Source of the DNA: an uncultured Chloroflexia bacterium
Lineage (GTDB): Bacteria; Chloroflexota; Limnocylindria; Limnocylindrales; CSP1-4
NCBI GenBank assembly: GCA_963746845.1
Contig: CAVVCZ010000004.1
Location: 1,088,001-1,152,000, forward strand
Direction: 5' to 3'
Length of the DNA stretch: 64,000 nt
Part shown: in pieces, positions 60,301 through 64,000 of the stretch
Numbering within the stretch: position 1 is the first letter of the stretch
How the letters are laid out: each line of letters begins with the position of its first letter
Translations under genes and position numbers: made by a program
The notes under the pieces: model-generated
Database searches by the model: none
Seen by the model: only the letters and a program-made list of their open reading frames with translations
Told to the model about the DNA's origin: nothing

Positions 60301-60735
60301 ATGCGGCTCGAGCTCACCAAGCGGGCGGATTACGCGATCCGGGCCGTCGTCGCCCTCGGCGGGGCCGGCCCGGACGAACGCCTGAGCGTCCGCCGGATCG
60401 CGACCGACCGGGCGATCCCGGTCCGGTTTCTGTCCCGGGTGATGGCCGACCTCGTCGGTGCCGGGCTCGTCGAGGGGACCGAGGGCCGAGGCGGCGGCTA
60501 TCGACTCGCTCGCCCGGCGTCGTCGATCTCGCTCCTCGAGGTGATCGAGGCGGTCGAGGGCGACAGCCGTCGCCGGGTGTGCATCCTGCGGGGTGGCCCG
60601 TGCCAGCTGGCCGGCGTGTGCGACGTGCACGCAGTGTTCGCCGCCGCCGAGGAGGACACCCTGCGGGAGCTCTCGGCGGCGACGATCGGTGGGATCGTGG
60701 CCCGGCGGTCCGACGGTCGGGCGCGGGCCGGCTAG
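60301..60735 (+). CDS. Rrf2 family Fe-S transcriptional regulator
   Basis: DYAIRA, GRGGGYRLAR, ISLLEVIEAVEG, C-x6-C-x5-C-x2-H. Confidence 0.92.
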   Translation: MRLELTKRADYAIRAVVALGGAGPDERLSVRRIATDRAIPVRFLSRVMADLVGAGLVEGTEGRGGGYRLARPASSISLLEVIEAVEGDSRRRVCILRGGPCQLAGVCDVHAVFAAAEEDTLRELSAATIGGIVARRSDGRARAG

Positions 60736-61130
60736 ATCGTCGCGTCCGTGAGGGCGAAGCGAAGGCCGGCCACGAGCACGACGACATCCACGATCGCAGC
60801 CGCGATCGTGCTGGTCGTCGGGAACGCCATCGGGAAGAGCAGCAGCCCGGCCAGCGACGCGAGGCTCGCCCCGATCGCCAGCGGCGGCCACCACTCCGCC
60901 GGCAGCCAACCGACGGTGACCGCGGCGAGGGCCGCGAAGCCGACGATCGAGGCCGACCAGAGGGCGATGCCGACGGCCTGGCTGGGACCGATCCCCATGA
61001 GGCCGGAGAGCAGCCACGACTCGCCGCCCCACTCCGGGTTTACCGTCGCGACCTTGAAGACCTGGAGCATGCCGAGAATGTGACCAATTCCGTGGGCCAG
61101 CAGGACCACGGCGATCACGACCTTGATCAT
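60732..61130 (-). CDS. Membrane protein with HGxxH motif
   Basis: LAHGIGH, four TM helices; SD GGAGG. Confidence 0.7.
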   Translation of the reverse strand: MIKVVIAVVLLAHGIGHILGMLQVFKVATVNPEWGGESWLLSGLMGIGPSQAVGIALWSASIVGFAALAAVTVGWLPAEWWPPLAIGASLASLAGLLLFPMAFPTTSTIAAAIVDVVVLVAGLRFALTDATI

Positions 61131-61365
61131 CGCGTGACCTCCATGCATCGGGTGTCTTGCGGGCTCCACGGTCGGGCCGGGGGGTCCGGCGACGCGAGAG
61201 CCGTTGGACCCGTTCGCCCGGACCACTCGGACCATGCCGGGCAGAACCGGCCGGTGCGCCCGTCCGATCCGGGCCGATCGGCCCTGCCGCCCTGCGGCGC
61301 ACACCGGTACGGTCGATGCGGCACCGACGAGGACCTGCGAGGTGCCGATGCGAAGGGATGCCACG

Positions 61366-62202
61366 ATGGAACTCGTCCGCTCGACCACGATCTCCCAGCG
61401 CCTCGCGGCGCTTGCCGGGCTCGTGGCCGGCATCACCGCGCTCGCGGGCTTCCTCCCGGGCGCCTACCGCGACTCCCACCCGCTCGTCGTCCAGTCGCAC
61501 GGCCAGGACCTGGCGACGCTCGTGATCGCGCTGCCCGTCCTCGCGCTCGCGCTGCGGGGCGCCGTGCGTGGCTCCGTGCGGAGCCGGCTGGTCATGATCG
61601 GCGCGCTCGGGTATCTCCTGTACACGTACGCGGTCTACGCGTTCGTGTCGATCCTCGGGCCACTCACCGCGCTCGACATCGCCGTCGTCGGGCTCGCCGC
61701 GTGGGCGATCGTGTTCTCGGGTCCGGACGTGCCCGACGATCGAGTCGAGGCCGCCGTCGGGTCCCACCTCCGGGCCCGCGCCACCGGCGTGTTCCTCCTC
61801 GTCGTCGCCGCGCTGTTCGCGCTGCTCTGGACGAGCCAGATCGCGTCCGCCTCGATGAGCGGCCACTCGCCCCAGGCCCTCGTGGACGCCGGCTGGCCGA
61901 CGAGCCCGATCTACGTCCTCGACCTCGCCTTCGCGCTGCCGCTCGCGGTCATCACCGCCCGCCGGCTGCTCACCGGACGGCCCGGCGGCGTCCGGCTCGC
62001 GGTGCCGTATCTCGTGTTCGTCCCGCTCCTCGCCTCGGGCATCCTCGTGATGAGCCTCGTCGCGGGCGGCGACGGCCAGGCGCTCGACGCGGTCCAGATC
62101 GTCCTGTTCGGCCTGATGACCCTCGTCGGGGCAACGCTCGCCGCGATGGCCCTCGATCCGCGGTCGGCATCCGTCCGGACGACGCACTCGTTCGCCGGCT
62201 GA
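61366..62202 (+). CDS. Multi-TM hypothetical membrane protein
   Basis: GQDLATL, YLLYTYA, YVLDLAF; about 7-8 TM helices. Confidence 0.75.
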   Translation: MELVRSTTISQRLAALAGLVAGITALAGFLPGAYRDSHPLVVQSHGQDLATLVIALPVLALALRGAVRGSVRSRLVMIGALGYLLYTYAVYAFVSILGPLTALDIAVVGLAAWAIVFSGPDVPDDRVEAAVGSHLRARATGVFLLVVAALFALLWTSQIASASMSGHSPQALVDAGWPTSPIYVLDLAFALPLAVITARRLLTGRPGGVRLAVPYLVFVPLLASGILVMSLVAGGDGQALDAVQIVLFGLMTLVGATLAAMALDPRSASVRTTHSFAG

Positions 62203-62272
62203 GGGAGCGCTCGCGGAGCCCCGGCGCCCCGGAACCCGGGCGCCCCGGCGACGCCTGGACTACCCTCCGCTC

Positions 62273-62695
62273 ATGGCCGTCGAGCGCTTCCCGATCCGGG
62301 TCGGACGACGATCCCGCGGGTTGCTCCGGGTCCTGTTCGGGGTCCGTCCCGAGAACGCCTGGGTCGAGGTCGGCGACGCGCCGGACGGAGCGGTCACGGT
62401 CGCGTTCGGCCGGTCGACGTTCCGAACGCCCCTCGCGAACATCGTCCACTGGCAGATCGAGGGGCCGTGGTCGTGGATCACCGCGATCGGCATTCGCATG
62501 AGCATCCGCCATCGCGACGTGAGCTTCGACGGCAGCCCGCACGGCGGGGTCCGGATGGACTTCCGGACCCGTGTTCCGTGGTTGCTGTTCAAGGTGCCGG
62601 CGATCTACGTCTCGGCGGACGACCTCGAAGCGCTCGCGAGGGCACTCGCGGCGCGCGGGATCCCGGGCGCCGACGCGCGCTCGGTCAGGGGGTGA
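62273..62695 (+). CDS. Hypothetical protein
   Basis: GC3-biased ORF; TACCCT 6 nt before ATG. Confidence 0.7.
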   Translation: MAVERFPIRVGRRSRGLLRVLFGVRPENAWVEVGDAPDGAVTVAFGRSTFRTPLANIVHWQIEGPWSWITAIGIRMSIRHRDVSFDGSPHGGVRMDFRTRVPWLLFKVPAIYVSADDLEALARALAARGIPGADARSVRG

Positions 62696-62698
62696 CGG

Positions 62699-63151
62699 TC
62701 ACGGGCTGACGGTCAGGAACCCCGACGCGATCGGCCGGCCGCTCGCCCCCTTGAACTCGATCACCCACGTGCCCGGAGACAGCTTCAAGGGCGTCAGGTC
62801 CAGGGCGAACAGGTCGGCGTTGTCTGGTGGCGTGGACGCGGTCACCGGGCTCGGGCCGAAGGTCGTCGCACCGGAACTCACCGACACCGTCACCTCGGCC
62901 GGGGGACGCGGCGTGAATGCCCGGCCCACCGCGACCATCGGCGTCCCGGTCTTCAGGGTCTTCGACGTGCCGGTCACTCCCAGGGAGGCCGGGTCGTAGG
63001 CAGTCCCGAAGATCACGGTGCTGCCGGCCGGCAGGTCGCCGCCGCCACCGCCGCCGCCCCCGCCTCCCCCGCCGCCGCCGGCGTCGGCGCCGCCGCCACA
63101 CCCGGCGACCATCGCCGTCACCACCAGGAGCGCGCTCAGAAGACGCCGCAT
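62699..63151 (-). CDS. Lipoprotein with poly-Gly linker
   Basis: MRRLL...VAGC lipobox, Gly run, beta-rich C-terminal domain. Confidence 0.75.
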   Translation of the reverse strand: MRRLLSALLVVTAMVAGCGGGADAGGGGGGGGGGGGGGDLPAGSTVIFGTAYDPASLGVTGTSKTLKTGTPMVAVGRAFTPRPPAEVTVSVSSGATTFGPSPVTASTPPDNADLFALDLTPLKLSPGTWVIEFKGASGRPIASGFLTVSP

Positions 63152-63272
63152 CTCAGTCTCCCTGCAAAGGCTGACACGCGCAGTATCCACGGCGGAACAG
63201 GTTGATGGGTCGACATCGCGCACCGCACTCGGACCGTGCCCCGGCCCGCGCGCGGCGACGGGCGCCCCACGC

Positions 63273-64000
63273 TCAAGGCTGGGCGGTCGACGCACCGACG
63301 GCGGGCAGCCGCCCCGCCCGGAAGGCCCCGAACAGCTCGTCGTAGCCCGTGAGGCCGCGCTCGTAGCCGACGGCCCACAGACCGGCGCCCGCAAGACCGC
63401 GCTGGTCGGCGAGGGCCAGCTTCGGCGTCAGGCTCTGGGGCGTGTCGAAGTAGATTGCCGTCCAGGCATCGCCGACGGGCACCGACAGGAACGCGACCGA
63501 CTCGAGCTGGTCATACACCGGCACCAGCGCCTTGTTCCGGAGCGTGTCGAGATGCTGGCGCGGGACCCAGACCACGCCCTTGCCGGTCGACGGCGCCCCG
63601 AGGTCGCCCGAGGCCGCGGGCCATGCGACGCCGTACAGCGGAAGGCCGAGCAGGGTCTTCTCGGGGGGGACGCCGGCCCCGAGGTACAGGTCCAGCGACC
63701 ACGACAGGGTCCGCTCGTCGCCGTCGCGGCGCCCCATCGGGGCCGTCGCTCCCGGCTGGCTGGCACCGATCCGGTAGTCGTAGCCCATCAGGAACACCCG
63801 GTCCGCGCCGTTGTCGCTGGCCGCCTTCGCGAGCGTCGACCCCTGCCGGCCGGCCCCGGTCGCGACCGTCACCGTCGCGTCCGGGTGATCCGCGCGGAGC
63901 GCCGTCCGGAGCCGCCCGATGAACGCGCCGTACGCCGGAATGTCCTCGTCGTCGATCTGTTCGACGTCGACGGCGATGCCGTCGACCTTCAGGTCCGCGG
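63273..64000 (-). CDS. Glycoside hydrolase family 18-like protein, C-terminal part (5' end outside the window)
   Basis: DGIAVDVE, LMGYDY, LGLPLYG, YFDTPQSL, GAGLWAVGYE. Confidence 0.82.
   Translation of the reverse strand, partial: ADLKVDGIAVDVEQIDDEDIPAYGAFIGRLRTALRADHPDATVTVATGAGRQGSTLAKAASDNGADRVFLMGYDYRIGASQPGATAPMGRRDGDERTLSWSLDLYLGAGVPPEKTLLGLPLYGVAWPAASGDLGAPSTGKGVVWVPRQHLDTLRNKALVPVYDQLESVAFLSVPVGDAWTAIYFDTPQSLTPKLALADQRGLAGAGLWAVGYERGLTGYDELFGAFRAGRLPAVGASTAQP

Noticed and set aside
63038-63100. GCC-rich tandem run (also Gly-rich runs near 42010 and 42670)
   Set aside because: Encodes poly-Gly linkers within CDSs

Overview
High-GC (visually about 70%) bacterial chromosome segment, mostly core genes. 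The gene set and protein style suggest Chloroflexota, possibly a Limnocylindria/Ellin6529-like lineage (inference, no search run). In order it carries: a dcw cluster (mraZ-rsmH-[66-aa ORF]-ftsL-ftsI-murF-mraY-murD-ftsW-murG-murB-ddl-ftsQ-sbp, no murE/murC); a LysM membrane protein; RNase P RNA; idh-sdh-rnhA and sucCD; a propionyl-CoA carboxylase / methylmalonyl-CoA mutase / epimerase operon; parAB; lipid and envelope genes; orphan Tad pilin-like genes; tRNA-Asn; an HTH-nuclease-like gene with a REP-like inverted doublet; dnaG-rpoD; and a three-domain lipoprotein NirK with an Rrf2 regulator. The best novel candidate is a non-canonical ParABS system: three copies of a 16-bp palindrome (consensus GTCTTTGCGCAAAGAC) within about 3.2 kb around and inside parB, a ParB with a divergent recognition helix, and DnaA boxes upstream of parA. 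Other leads are probable leaderless transcripts, CTG start codons, operator palindromes at dnaG and nirK, several small Cys/His proteins and a large insertion in RpoD. All calls come from reading motifs by eye; no database searches were run.
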